DNA of 63,680 bases, filler included, from Reticulomyxa filosa (taxonomy: Eukaryota; Protista; Foraminifera): NCBI GenBank assembly GCA_000512085.1. It is 19 parts of 19 records of this genome, joined end to end, with 100 filler letters (N's around TTAATTAATTAA, not from the genome) between each part and the next. Parts side by side here need not be neighbours in the genome. Positions count along the whole stretch, not along the records: positions 5,480 to 16,056 come from ASPP01002480.1; positions 16,157 to 19,060 come from ASPP01011593.1; positions 19,161 to 21,427 come from ASPP01022163.1; positions 21,528 to 33,018 come from ASPP01006526.1; 15 more parts are not named here. One strand, given 5' to 3'. Numbering within the stretch: the first letter of the stretch is position 1; each line of letters opens with the position of its first letter. A program made the translations under genes and the position numbers. Shown in pieces: positions 12,790-25,320 of the stretch. The notes below the pieces were generated by a model, which was not told where the DNA came from, searched no databases, and saw only the letters and a program-made list of their open reading frames with translations.

Positions 12790-15067
12790 TTACTTTGTTG
12801 TTTCCAAAAAGTTTTGAATATTTTGTTGCAAAGCATGATCAGGATAAAGTTCTAAATTTCCATCAATCATCAGAGAAGAATAATTTGGAATATTTTGATA
12901 TTGATTCATAATTGATGATCGATCATATGTTATTCCATTCAAAGCAATTACAGGATCATTCATAATAGAATTGGATAATGGACATATATATTCTTTTGGA
13001 ATATCTTGTTGTGGAACACCTTCATCAGAGTTAATCATATTGATTGGATATTTCTCACATATTTGAGTGAATGAATCATGAATAATACAAGCTTGAGAAA
13101 ATGTTTCGAAATCAAATATATCCATCCAATCATTTTTTGACATTTTCAATAAAGATGTTCCATCAATTTTCTTTTTTTTAATTATATCATGAAATTGATT
13201 TATTTTTGATTTTTTACATTTCAAAATATGTCCAACGAAAATTGCAATTTCTTGTGAATTCCATTTATTCCATTTTTTTTCTAATTCATTCCATTCTTTT
13301 TCTATACATTTCTGATTTTCTTCAATTAATTTTCGTAATTTACCATTCAATTCATTAAAACCTTTCAACACTCTGTTATCAAGTGCATGAATATGATTCA
13401 TTGCCATTAGTTGTTGTTCCTTTTGTTGTTTTTGGGTTAATACATCCCTTTCGATGAAACAAAGGTTGTTATATTGTTCTATGCATTTTGTATATTTTGA
13501 AAGTGCTTCTTCCATTTGATTTTTTAATTTTATCTTTTCCAAATATTTTTCATAAATTTCTTGTTGGATTGATTTTTGTTTTTCAAATATTTCTTCAAAA
13601 TCTTTTGTTGCATTATTTGTATTCGTCTACATATTCAAACATATTTCATTTTTTTTAATAAATAAAATATATAATAATACAAACAAAGATAAATATAAAA
13701 TCAAACCTTGATAGATGGTTGATAAGAAAGTAATGTTTTAATTATGGATGGGATATCATTCATCCGAATCATTTTTTTGGTTTCTGAAATTCTCCATCAA
13801 AACTCCAAATATCATCCCAGTTCATTCTATTCAATTCAATTCTTTTTTCTTCATCCCATTCTTTCAATTTCTTTCCCAATATCTCTACTTGTGTTTTCAT
13901 CTTTTTGCATTCCTCTGGAATTGCTACTGTATCATTATTTTTCTTTTCATCTTCAATCATTCTCTCTTTTTCAATTGGAATTGTATATGATCTTTCCAAT
14001 TTTAGTATCTTTATTTCTTTTTTTAACTCTTGTATCATTTTCAATAATTCTGCTTTTTCAAATAGTTGATCTACATTTACACTAACATGCATTTGCTGTT
14101 TTTGATTCATTGCATTAAATCCACCAATGACATGAACATTTGTTTATCATCACTCAAAATTGCAAGAGATGCTGATATTTCCATTGGCAATGTCAATTTA
14201 CATTCGTTCCATGTTTTCTCTTTCATTGAATATTTATATATTTTTTTGTTCTTTCTTTTCTGATGGTATTCTTTCCTCCAAATAAAAATATAAAATCATA
14301 AAGATGCACAAATGAATAAGAAGTGACATCACTCAAAGCAGGGCAAATTGGTAATTTTCATAATTAAATATTTTATTTTGTTCATCATATTTTATTAATA
14401 ATCCTGTGTTTTTACAAAACAATATAAAATGATTTATCACTTTTTCATTGTTTATTGTCAATGGCACAAAGCAATGATATTCAAGTCCATATTTGTGTTG
14501 TTCTGTTGGTATTATATCATTTTTAATTTCAGTTAATGATTTCATTGTTTTCAAATCTATCACTTCAATGTTTTTTGGACTATGTGTAATAAACAATAAA
14601 TCATTATTTATTCCACCAATCAATCCACGCGCTCCTTCAAAATTAGCTTCCAATTTTCCAATGTTGGCGTTTTGATCATGTCTTATCCATGTATTAAAAG
14701 ATTGAGAAATGGAATCATGTTCAGATTTAGAATCACATTGATCATCACTAATTTCCCATACACTTTTATATTTCATAAACAATGTTTGCTTCATTTCATT
14801 TTTGCACTGTCCTCCAAAAGATAATAAATGGATTTCACTAGGATTAGTTTGTGAATGAGTCAATTGTACAACATAATTTGCACTCAATTGGACATCATTA
14901 GGATAAGAACATATATATTTGTATTGTTTTTTCATGGTATGGTAAGAGTAACAGTCGTCAGCTCCACAAATAAGGATTTCATCCTTGAATAAAATACATT
15001 GTGGACATGCGAATGGTTTGGGTAAGTCAGATAAACTTTGAAAGATGTTGTTGATTTGGCTAGACAT
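12790..15067 (-). CDS. Kelch-like beta-propeller + coiled coil + SAM-like + U-box protein (putative E3 ligase); four 1-nt frameshifts (sequencing error or pseudogene)
   Basis: Start MSSQINNIFQSLSDLPKP..CILFKDEILICG; Kelch-type GG motifs (LLSFGG, LIGG, F.FGG..KIYKYSMKEKTW, VHVIGG). SAM-like WNSQEIAIFVGHIL..KKKKIDGTSLLKMSKNDW. U-box IPKEYICPLSNSIMNDPVIALNGITYDRSSI..LYPDHALQQNIQNF. One intron at about 13628-13706. Confidence 0.8.
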
Positions 15068-15502
15068 GTTAGATAAGCTTTTTTGAAATGTTACTGACAG
15101 GCCCCTTTTTTTTTTGAACGAGTATTTGGAAACGATAAATTGGCAATTTACTTGAAAATTCAATGTTAAATAATCAATCCATATCACATTGATTATCCAA
15201 TATTCTGTTTCAAATTTCAGTGTCTTTGACATTTTTTCTTTCCTTAGAATATGCGCTGAAACACTGTGTGAATCAGTGCCATTACACGGATACAAACTAC
15301 TTCAACAAAAATGACAGAACTAGAAGTTGCTTTTCGAATGTAACGCAAATTTCTTTTTTTCTTAGACTGTGCCTTGATACTGCGAAATTGACAATTCGTG
15401 TGGGCCTTGAACTTTGTCATCCTTTTAAAAATCAGTGGATAAATTTTTTAATTGATATTAATTAATTTGTTATTAATAAATATATATATAAATATATATA
15501 CA

Positions 15503-16008
15503 ATGCAAACAACAGAAACAAGCACAACTTCAGGACGGCATCTCAAAGGTGTGGAGTCAATAGCGCGTGAATATGCAAACGTAAACAACGCGAAGCCGCA
15601 GTCGTACTGGGACTATGATAATTTCAAATTGACATTTAATAGTACGGATGGCTATGAGATAGTTCGGAAAATAGGTCGAGGCAAGTACAGTGAGGTGTTT
15701 GAAGGTTGGGACAGTGGTCACCAGCGCCCATGTTGCATAAAGATGTTGAAGCCTGTGAAAAAGCAAAAAATCCAAAGAGAAATAAAGATATTGGAGAATT
15801 TGAAAGGAGGGCCAAACATAATTCAGTTGTTGGATTGCGTGCGTAGTGATATGACCACAGGAAGTACACCAGCGTTGGTATTTGAGTACATCAACAATGT
15901 TAACTTCTCTGTGTTGTATCCAACATTTACGGACTTTGACGTGCGTTTTTATATTTACGAGTTGCTGATTGCATTGGACTTTTGTCACTCCAATGGCATT
16001 ATGCATAG
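15503..16008 (+). CDS. CSNK2A1: Casein kinase II catalytic subunit alpha, first exon (3' truncated by gap)
   Basis: [77 protein letters not shown], then GT donor. Confidence 0.97.
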
Positions 16009-16020
16009 GTAATGATTATT

Positions 16021-16056
<36 letters not shown>

Positions 16057-16156
16057 NNNNNNNNNNNNNNNNNNNNNNNNNNNNNNNNNNNNNNNNNNNN
16101 TTAATTAATTAANNNNNNNNNNNNNNNNNNNNNNNNNNNNNNNNNNNNNNNNNNNN

Positions 16157-16193
<37 letters not shown>

Positions 16194-16239
16194 TTAATTT
16201 AATTTAATTCCAAAAAAAAAAAAAAAAAAAAACAAAACT

Positions 16240-19010
16240 TGTAGAGTCATCAATCGAAAGTTCTTTTTGCGTTTCTTTCAATTCTTTCTGCCATTGTCTC
16301 ATTTGCGACTCAAATGTTCTTTCTGGCTTCAATTGCGATTTGTCGTCGTATTGACTTACAAACTTAGCACTTTGAAGTAATACGCCACTGTTGCCAAAGT
16401 TACACCAAAAATAAAAAATAAAAAATATATATGTACATATATTTGTATACGTATATACTTGGATTGGCTTTTTTTAAACGGTGATTCCTCATTCTTTTCA
16501 TTTTTCACAGTTTGCACTTTTTTTTGCAACATTTGGAACGACTCGTTCAACTTCTCAAGCTCCATTTTTTTTACATTGAATTTTTTGCTTATTTTGAATT
16601 TATTCGTTTCCATTTCTTGAATTTCGTTTCGCAATGAATTTAACTGCAATTCCATTGTGTGACGTGACAACTCATATTGCTTCTGCAACGATTCAATCTT
16701 TTTTTCCAATTTTTCCGTTTCTTGCTTTAAACTTGTTGACGCCACCACCTCTTGTCCGTTTGCTTTTTCATTTTTTTGGCTCTTTTCTTCTCGCCTCTAT
16801 ATTATAATTTTTTTTTTAAACACTATTATCCAACAACAGTTTCAATGTTATTGTATTTTAAAATAACTTCAAGTTCTTCCATCTTTTGTTGGGCAAATGC
16901 TCGCTTTTCATTTTCGAACTTGAGCTTTATATCTTGGAATTGCCCTTTTTCAAACTCCAAATCACTACATTTTTTGGTAATTTCCAATAGTTTTGTTTCA
17001 TATTCTCTTTCTCTTTCTTTCATTAATCCTTGCATTGCTTTCAATTCGATTTCTTTTTGTTTCAACTCCTATTTGTTCACATTTATTCAAAACTACTCAC
17101 ATCCATATGCATTTGTTTTTTTTTTTGACAAATGAACATAAACGCTCTTTCATACCTCTTTTTGTTTTTCGAGTTGTTGTTTGTCTTGTTCAAATTGATT
17201 TTGTTCTTTTTCAACGTTTCTGATTTTGGAGTGCTGTTTACACAAGAACAAAAGGCAAAAAGGGAAAACCCAAACGTTCATTAAATAAAACACATATTCA
17301 AAATAACTTTATTGAGATAAGTTTGCTCTCTTTTGTTTAAATCGTCTTCGAATTGTCTCAATTTTAGTTCCTTCTCGTGAATATCCTTTTGTTGCTCAAA
17401 TAGCTTCTGTCTTTGCAAAGCGATTTTTTGTTCGCTTTGGGTTTTTTCGTCATCAAAAAGTCGTTTATCTTGTTCAAACTTGGATCGACTTTCTTGATAG
17501 TTTTGATGATGCTTGAGCAACTTTTCGTGGGCTCTTTGCAGTTCTTTTTCCTTTTCTTTCAGTTGACTTCGCTTTGATTCGAAGCTTTCCTCGTCTTTGC
17601 ACAGCTGTTCTCTTTGAGTGGCAATTTCGACTTTGCCTGTATCCATTTGATTTTGCGTCGCACTCAATTCTAATTTCCATTTTTGTAATCTTTTGTTTTC
17701 GTCATTCAATTGCTATAAGCACATTTTTTTAAATTTTAAATTAATAAAAAATAAAAATAATAAAAAAAAATCAACCTTTTCAAATGCCTTCAATGGCTGC
17801 AATTCATCATTTTTGGACTCGAGCTCATGTTTTTCATTTTCTAAAATCTGTTCCCATTGCTTCAATTTTTGTCGGACATTTTCGATGTTTGTTTCTTGCA
17901 TTTCTAATTCTTTTTTTTTTTCGACCAATTTCCATTGCTCATTCATTTCTTTTTCCTTGTTCTGCAATGATTCTTTTTCCATTGTAATTTTCTAAACATT
18001 TTTTTTTTGAAAAGAAGGGGTTTTTTGAATTCAAAAAAAAAAAAAAAATTGGACACAACTTGTGATTCTTTTCGTAATTTATTCCATTCTTGCATCAATT
18101 CATTATGCCTTTCTTGTAGCTTCTGTTTATCAGGATGGAGAGAAGAAGAAACAAACATAAACAATCGTTTTTTTAAAAAAAAAAACAAAATTTCGAAACT
18201 GTTTCCATGGCTTCACATTGTTGCAATCGTTGATTTAAATCTTTTTGTTTTTTAACAATTTCTTGCTCTTTTTTCTTGCCAATATTTTTTTTCGACTTCA
18301 AACTGTTGATTCGAGTCCAAATGCAATTTGGCGGTTTGTTTTTCAAGTTTTTTCAATTCATTGGATAGAGTTGCTTCCTTTTCTTTTAACTCCTCTTCTC
18401 TGTTTACAAATACACACTGACTTTTGTTAGTCCTTACTTGTATAGGAAGAAGAAAGGGGGTTTTCCAAAAAAAAAAACACTAACTTTTCTTTGTTGCGTT
18501 TGACTTGAATAGAAATCTGATCTTGATGCGCAGTTAACGTGTGATGTTCTTGCTTCATTTTTTGCTCCCAGTGTCCTTGATCTTGTTTGAATGTGTTCCA
18601 TTGACTTGTCAGTTCTTTTCGTTTTGCCTCTACTTCTTGTTCCTGATTATTCAGGTGCAAAAAAAAAAAGTTCGGAATGCAGACAAAAAAAAAAGAGAGA
18701 GACAAAATATATTAACTCTTGACTTTGCCAACTCAAAGGTTTTCATCAACTGTTGAAGTTGTTGCGCTTTTTCTTCTTCAAACGATTGCAACTCTTTTTC
18801 AAGTTCTTTTTTGGTTATAGATTAATGTACACATATACTGTAAAAAATGTGCTTTTCCTTGATTTTTTTTTTGTGCACAATAAAAATAATATTTAAAAAA
18901 AAAAAACAAAACTTTCTTTCATCTTTTGATTTTGAATGTTGCGCTCTTCCACTTTTCTTTGTTCAACTTGCAATTCTTGACGCCTGTTTGTAGCATTATC
19001 ATCACGTTCA
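16240..19010 (-). CDS. Long multi-exon coiled-coil protein (E/K/Q-rich), partial
   Basis: Successive heptad-rich exons (ORFs 18427-18705, 17713-17982, 17281-17709, 16826-17065, 16356-16748) separated by short T-rich GT-AG introns. Confidence 0.75.
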
Positions 19011-19816
19011 CACTTCAAAAAAAAAAAAAAAAAAAAGGGGGGGGATTAAAAAAAAAAAAANNNNNNNNNNNNNNNNNNNNNNNNNNNNNNNNNNNNNNNN
19101 NNNNTTAATTAATTAANNNNNNNNNNNNNNNNNNNNNNNNNNNNNNNNNNNNNNNNNNNNTGATTTTTCTTACAAAAAAACATATTTTATTTGCTGATTT
19201 GTTGATAGTGATCTTTCAATCAATATTTTTTATTTTCACATGTCCTAAGAACCAAAAAGGACAATTTCATTTTAAAAAAAAAATTCTATATCAACGCTAT
19301 CAACTGGCTAAGAAAGTGGCGAGTTCCACGAAATTAAACAGCAACAGCCATTTCTAGTTGCAATCATCTCTAATCTGCAGTTTTTTCAGCATAAGTTGGC
19401 ACATGTTGTATTATAGTGCACGGAGTACGACAAGTGAATTACTTTTGACCAATTCCGATCTTTTCTTGTTCACATTAAAAATCAGACAAATCACTTAAAA
19501 ATCATATTCAAAAACAGAAAAACATGAACACTCACGCAATTACACATTGCCAATTTTTTATTTTTGCCTTTTGTGTCATGTTTTTTTATTTTTAAAAGTT
19601 AAAAAAAATCTGAAGCAAAACAAAAAAGACCATTGGCTGAAGTTTTCACGCCAAACATTTGGTTTCAAGTTTTGTCCTCAAAGGTACAAAAAACCGATAA
19701 GGAAACACCATTAAAAAAACAAAACATGCACAAGATAATCAAGTAAGAAAGAGATCTCTTTTCACCTGTTTTTTTTTTTATTTGTATAACAACTATGCTG
19801 TGACGAACACACAATA

Positions 19817-21360
19817 TTAATTATTCGAAGCAGAGGTTTGACGATTGGAAGCACTTTGATTGCCTTGAGAGCCAGGACGCTGACGGGCTTGGGATTCACT
19901 GTTTCGCAATGATTGTTTTTTGTGATGTTCTTTCAAGACAGTTAAAGCCTCATTAATTTTTTTTCAATTGCTCTTTGTTGTTCAACAATACCAACAGTTC
20001 AGTATTTTCCATTTCTAACAACATGCCCGTAATTTTGCCAGCCAAACGAGGTTCGACTTCTTGGATTTTTGGGAACAGTCGCTCTCCAATCATTCGTTTT
20101 TTCTCCTGTGCAGTGGCATTGTTTAACATTTGAGGGGTCAAAGGTTGAGTTTCCCGCTCAGTTGCACTCATTTGAGAAGGGAACGAGTGTGCCTGTCGAT
20201 TTTGTCCAGCGGGCTCAACACCCGTCTGACCCGCCGAGGCAAAGATGTGTTGTTGTGGAGCTTGCGCAACAGGTTGGGTAGGTTGGCTGTAGTTGGACAT
20301 GGGTCCACCCAAGGCAGAAGTGCCAGTGCCCAAGCTCGCACTCAGGCTTTGCCCACCTCGCGCACCTCCTCCTCCTCCTGCGCCCTGCGAAACAGCTCCC
20401 ACACTGCCCATACCACTTCGCATGGCTGCACTGCCCACAGCACCAGTTATAGCAGCACTCGAAGGTTGTTGTGGCTGCATTCCAGCGTTTGGTGGCATTC
20501 CACTAAATCCAGGGTTTTGCATTCGCATGGGGAAACCAAATTGTCCAACCGAGTTCACAGGAACACCCATCGATTGCATTTGCATTGGAAGTGGCATAGG
20601 TTGCATTTGACCATAGCCGTACGGTGGTCTTGGCAGTGTGTGGGCAAACTGGGCCGGATGCATTTGAGGCTGAGAAGAGGGTATTCCTTGTCTCTGATAG
20701 TTGTAGTATGGAGGAACCTGCGGGTTGGGCATGTAAGGGGGCATTGCCATCATCGGACCGCCATACATTTGTCGAGATGATGTTCGTCGAGCTCGCGTGG
20801 CCAAAAATTGCTGTCTCTCTTCTTTCTTCTGTGCCCGAGAAACATACAATTTGGTACCATCAATTACTGACCCATTCAGTTTTACCAACGCCTGAGAAGC
20901 TTCCTCTTTTGTTTCAAAACAAACGAATCCAAAGCCACGGCTCCTAGATTATTTCAGTGTATTTTTTATTTTTATTTTTATTTTTTAGATAACCCCGATT
21001 TTTTTAACAAATTATTAATTTATATGCAATATATGCATATACATATGCATATATTGTATATAAATCAAAACTGATTCGTTTCTGGATTTCTCATGACTTT
21101 GGCAGAGATAATGTTTCCGAACGGCCCAAATAATTCTCGCAATTTGTCATCAGTAAGGTCAGGTGCCAAAGGCTTGACATACAAGTTGTTTCCAGGTGAT
21201 GTCGTTCTGCCACGATTACGACGAGCGTTCATTTGCAAAGTGCGGTCCCTTTCAGTGCGCTTTTGACTACGGGCCACATACAACTTCAAGGGTTTGCCAT
21301 TGTTTTCTTTTTCTTCAGTCCACTCTTTCATTTCGTATTTGTCCAAAGTCTCCACGCACT
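19817..21360 (-). CDS. PABPC: Cytoplasmic poly(A)-binding protein, C-terminal half (RRM3 end, RRM4, linker, MLLE/PABC); frameshift in A8 run at about 19957-19964
   Basis: LYVARSQKRTER, NNLYVK..DDKLRELFGPFGNIISAKVM, SRGFGFVCF, LYVSRAQKKEER, MLLE domain KRMIGERLFPKIQEVEPRLAGKITGMLLEMEN. Continues INEALTVLKEH..SNN* in a shifted frame. Confidence 0.95.
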
Positions 21361-21386
21361 AACATGTATTGTTATTATTGCACGCA

Positions 21387-21427
<41 letters not shown>

Positions 21428-21527
21428 NNNNNNNNNNNNNNNNNNNNNNNNNNNNNNNNNNNNNNNNNNNNTTAATTAATTAANNNNNNNNNNNNNNNNN
21501 NNNNNNNNNNNNNNNNNNNNNNNNNNN

Positions 21528-23202
21528 TGACTACTAATCATTTGTCCAATCACGCGAAATGCATTCATTGCAATGTCTTTAGCTATATTCGATGAATTGA
21601 CTATGGACAAGAGGACACTACATACTTTTTCATCGCATAATAGTTCGATGCAGCCCCAATCACGAACGGGGTCATCAAAGTCATCACTCACAAACAGTAA
21701 TGCAGAGAGTAGCTCACGTAGGCAACTCTCTATATTGGTACGATCGCTCTCATTCTAACAAATAAAATAGATTGTAGCAATTATTATTATCATCATTATT
21801 GGTCGTTATTTTTTTATTTTATTTCGTTTGTTTATGGGTTAAAAAAAAAACAAACTAAACAAAAGATGTATCATTGATATTATTAAATGCATGGTATAAA
21901 TATTGGAACAGCTGCAAAACATTAGGCAAAAATGAGACAATAGTTGTTCGACATTGGCGTAATTGTCTCTGAAGCACATCCTCACAGAAATTTTCTTCTT
22001 CTTCGTCGGGGACGTAATAGTCAATTTCGATAATATCGTTCGAGTTAGAGTCACGATCGGCATTGGTGTTGGAGGATGACTGTTCCCAGCCAATTCCTTC
22101 AGAAGAGGAACTTTTCCGGAACATGTTGTTGATAACCCAACACCACTGAAGAAGGACAGAGATGTTAAAATGGTGGTTATTGTTTGCAAGCATTTTGCCA
22201 AAGACAAACTTGAGCAACTTTTTTTGGACCAATAACAAGTAAGTATAATAAAAGCAATCACCGCTGATATTCCCGAAACACCAAAAGATCTGTTCTATTA
22301 AATCGTTATTGGGAGTATCTTTTGGATTGTGCGCGAGCAACGTCATTAATACATCCAACACGCCATTTTTTATCACTTGTCCAGTTTCATAACTTGTGCC
22401 CGCGGCAATATTTGTCAAACACCTAATGTTGCAAATATTGGTATACTTTCGTTGAAAGTACGTATACACATACATATATGTATAATATATATATATATAT
22501 GTATGTATATACGTATTTATTTATATACATACATATATATACTTGAATACAATACGAAAACCAAATTTATATAGAAAGTAGACAAACCAGACAGCATCAA
22601 ATTGCTTGGATGGAAATTTCTTGTCTTGAGCGTGTTCGAGAAACACAGGGATTAAACCCTGATGGATGATATCTTCAATGCGAGTGCTGGACTCATTTGA
22701 TAAGAGACATCGCAATGCATACATGCCTTCGCACACTCGCTTTGGTCGTTACTCGTCACGTCCTCTGTCAATTCACTCAAACAGTCCCAACTAATCTCTT
22801 TGTTCATTTTTTCTTCATTTCCATCAATTTCGGTGTCCTTTCCTTTTTGCTTGCTTTTGCTTTCCGTGTTCTCGTTGCCTTCTTTGTTCTCCTTGTCGAT
22901 CGTCATTTCGTTGCTTTTGTCGTGGTTCCACATTGCACGTCGCCGTTTCATCAGCTCTCCTTCTCGTTGCTTTTCGTACATTTGTTGTTTGTTAGTGTCA
23001 TTGCCACTTTACAAGAATGCTGAATCCATTTTTTTAAAATTGTTTTCCTCACATGTCAAAATAAAAAACCTATTTTATTTGCTTTGTTCAGGTCAACCTT
23101 TTTGCGGAGAGACAATCTATCGTCATGTCTTTTTTGACGACAGTATTCCGTGTCTAAACCTCGTTGAAACTCACGATGATATCTATCGTTATCGCCAAAC
23201 AT
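21528..23202 (-). CDS. Importin alpha-like protein (IBB + ARM repeats), divergent, 3' truncated
   Basis: IBB: RQKRHDDRLSLRKK|QREGELMKRRR. ARM motifs ALRCLLSNE..IEDIIHQGLIPVFLE, QFDAVW|CLTNIAAGTSYET, EQIFWCFGNISGD, AFRVIGQMIS. Confidence 0.85.
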
Positions 23203-23635
23203 TGTTATTAATTTATAAATATAATCTATTTTTCTGGGAAAATCTATGGATTTTATAACTTCCGCAATTACACTAAGCAAACATTTTTAAAGCTGGTGCG
23301 TCATTAAGATAATTTTAAATTTCTAAATATTCTAAATTTGAGCAAAATTGCTATTTTTAAAAATTTTTCTGAGCACATTAACAGAACGAAATACTTTTAA
23401 AAGTAAAAGTGTCAAATAGGATACATTTAAATTTTTTTGGAAAAGTGTTGTGCTTTTCTTGTAAAAATTTTTTCCAAAGTAAGAAATAGCATCAATGTTT
23501 ATCAAAGCATATAAGTGAAAATATTTCAAAGTACAAGTTAAAAGCAAACGGACACCAAAGTGCAGTGACCTGTTAGAAGTTTTCAGTTTTTCGTTCGAAT
23601 TAATTTTTTAAACATTTACGTTTAATCAGTACATA

Positions 23636-25320
23636 ATGTTGCGCGAATGTTTATTAATTGCTCTGTTTGTGAGCAATGTAGTAATTGGTGATGAGTTTGT
23701 GAAGACATTGAAAACAAACGATTTCAACGAAGTTGTGTCATCCAGCAAACGAATACTGGTGGAGTTTTATGCACCATGGTGCGGTCATTGCAAAGCATTG
23801 CAACCAGAATATGAGAAAGCAGCAAAGCGTTTGAACGCAGAACAGGCAGAGACAATATTGGCAAAAGTAGATGCTACAGAGGATCGTGACTTGGCAACCA
23901 AGTATTCGATCAGCGGATATCCAACATTGAAATATTTTGTTAACGGTGATTTGGACAACCCACAAGAATACAACGGAGGACGAACAGAAGAGACAATTGT
24001 ATCTTGGGTATTGAAACGCGAATTGCCAGCAGTGACCACACTGCAAGAGTCAGAAGTCGACAACTTCAAAAGCAAACACAAGGTGAGCTTAGTAGCGTAT
24101 CTGAAGGGAGACTCCTCAAATCCTGCGGTGGCCGCTGTTTATGACGTAGCTGATAGTCTGCGAGAGGATGTTGTTATTGGATTGGTTCAAAGTAATTCTG
24201 GTAAGTTTTTGTCCATGGCTATGTTTTTTTTTTTGACAACAAAAAAGTTTACAAAAAAATTTTTTTTGGACAAATCATTTTTTTTTACCCATAAAAAAAA
24301 ATTTTTGTAATAAAAAAAAGGTCTGGTAAAATTGTATCGCCAATTTGACGAGCCTGAAGCTACTTTAGAAGGCGAGATCACCACACAACGCTTGAAAGAC
24401 TTTGTCCAATCTGAAAGATTTGCATTGTTTGATGAAATCTCGACTGATAACTATCAAAAATATGTTGCACGTGGCTTGCCCTTAGTCTGGGTTGCCTTGG
24501 AAGGATCTGACAGTGAACAAAGAGAACATGTCGCAACCGCTATAAAAGACATTACCAAACAATGGAAAGGAAAATTGTCGTTTGTCTGGATCGATAACGC
24601 CAAATTTGGACAACACGTCACTAACTTAGGTAACTCAATTGTGCATTTTTTATGTGATGTGTTTTTTTTTGTTGTTGCTCCCGCAAAAGCGCAATTTTCC
24701 AATAAAATAAAAACACAGGAATCAAATCACCTCCTGGATTAGTATTGGTTGAAGGCTCGAACACAAAATACTTGTATGACGGAGATATCTTTAGCTCCAA
24801 CGATTTGAAGGCATGGTTTGACAAATATTCAAAGAAAGAAATACCCAAATTTTTGAAATCACAAGCAAAACCAGAGACAAACAATGATGCAGTGCTTGTC
24901 TTAGTTGGTATGTTCATTCACCATTTTGTTTGAAAAACAGAAGATGAGAGAAAAATACAAACAATATTGGGATATAAATTAAATTCAACAGGTAGCACAT
25001 TCGAAGAAGTCGTTGGTAAAGACAGCGATGTGTTTGTGGAATTTTATGCTCCTTGGTGTGGACATTGCAAACGATTGGCACCTGACTATGATAAAGTTGG
25101 AGAAGCTTTCAAGGATGTGAAAGACTTTGTTATTGCCAAAATCGATGCAACTGAGAATGACACACCTGAGGAAATTAGAGGATTCCCAACACTTGTCTTT
25201 TATCCAAAAGGATCACTTAAAGGGGAAAAATACACTGGAGGACGTACTGCTTCTGAAATAATTGGCTGGTTGAAGAAAAAAGCCACTGTCAATGTCGACG
25301 GATTGAAAGCAGAGTTGTAG
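23636..25320 (+). CDS. PDI: Protein disulfide isomerase (a-b-b'-a'), 4 exons, signal peptide, C-terminal KAEL ER-retention signal
   Basis: Two EFYAPWCGHCK thioredoxin sites, AKVDATE/AKIDATEND, GYPTL/GFPTL, hydrophobic N-terminus, ends LKAEL*. Confidence 0.96.

Noticed and set aside
16356-16460. Apparent C-terminal transmembrane anchor (golgin-like) on the coiled-coil protein
   Set aside because: The hydrophobic stretch is read-through of a TA/T-rich GT-AG intron; coiled-coil coding resumes downstream (RRQIAIEARRTFESQMRQWQKEL).
20069-20947. Several + strand ORFs overlapping PABP (similar cases over PKG, PDI and the bacterial genes)
   Set aside because: Antisense shadows of GC-richer coding sequence with no recognisable motifs.
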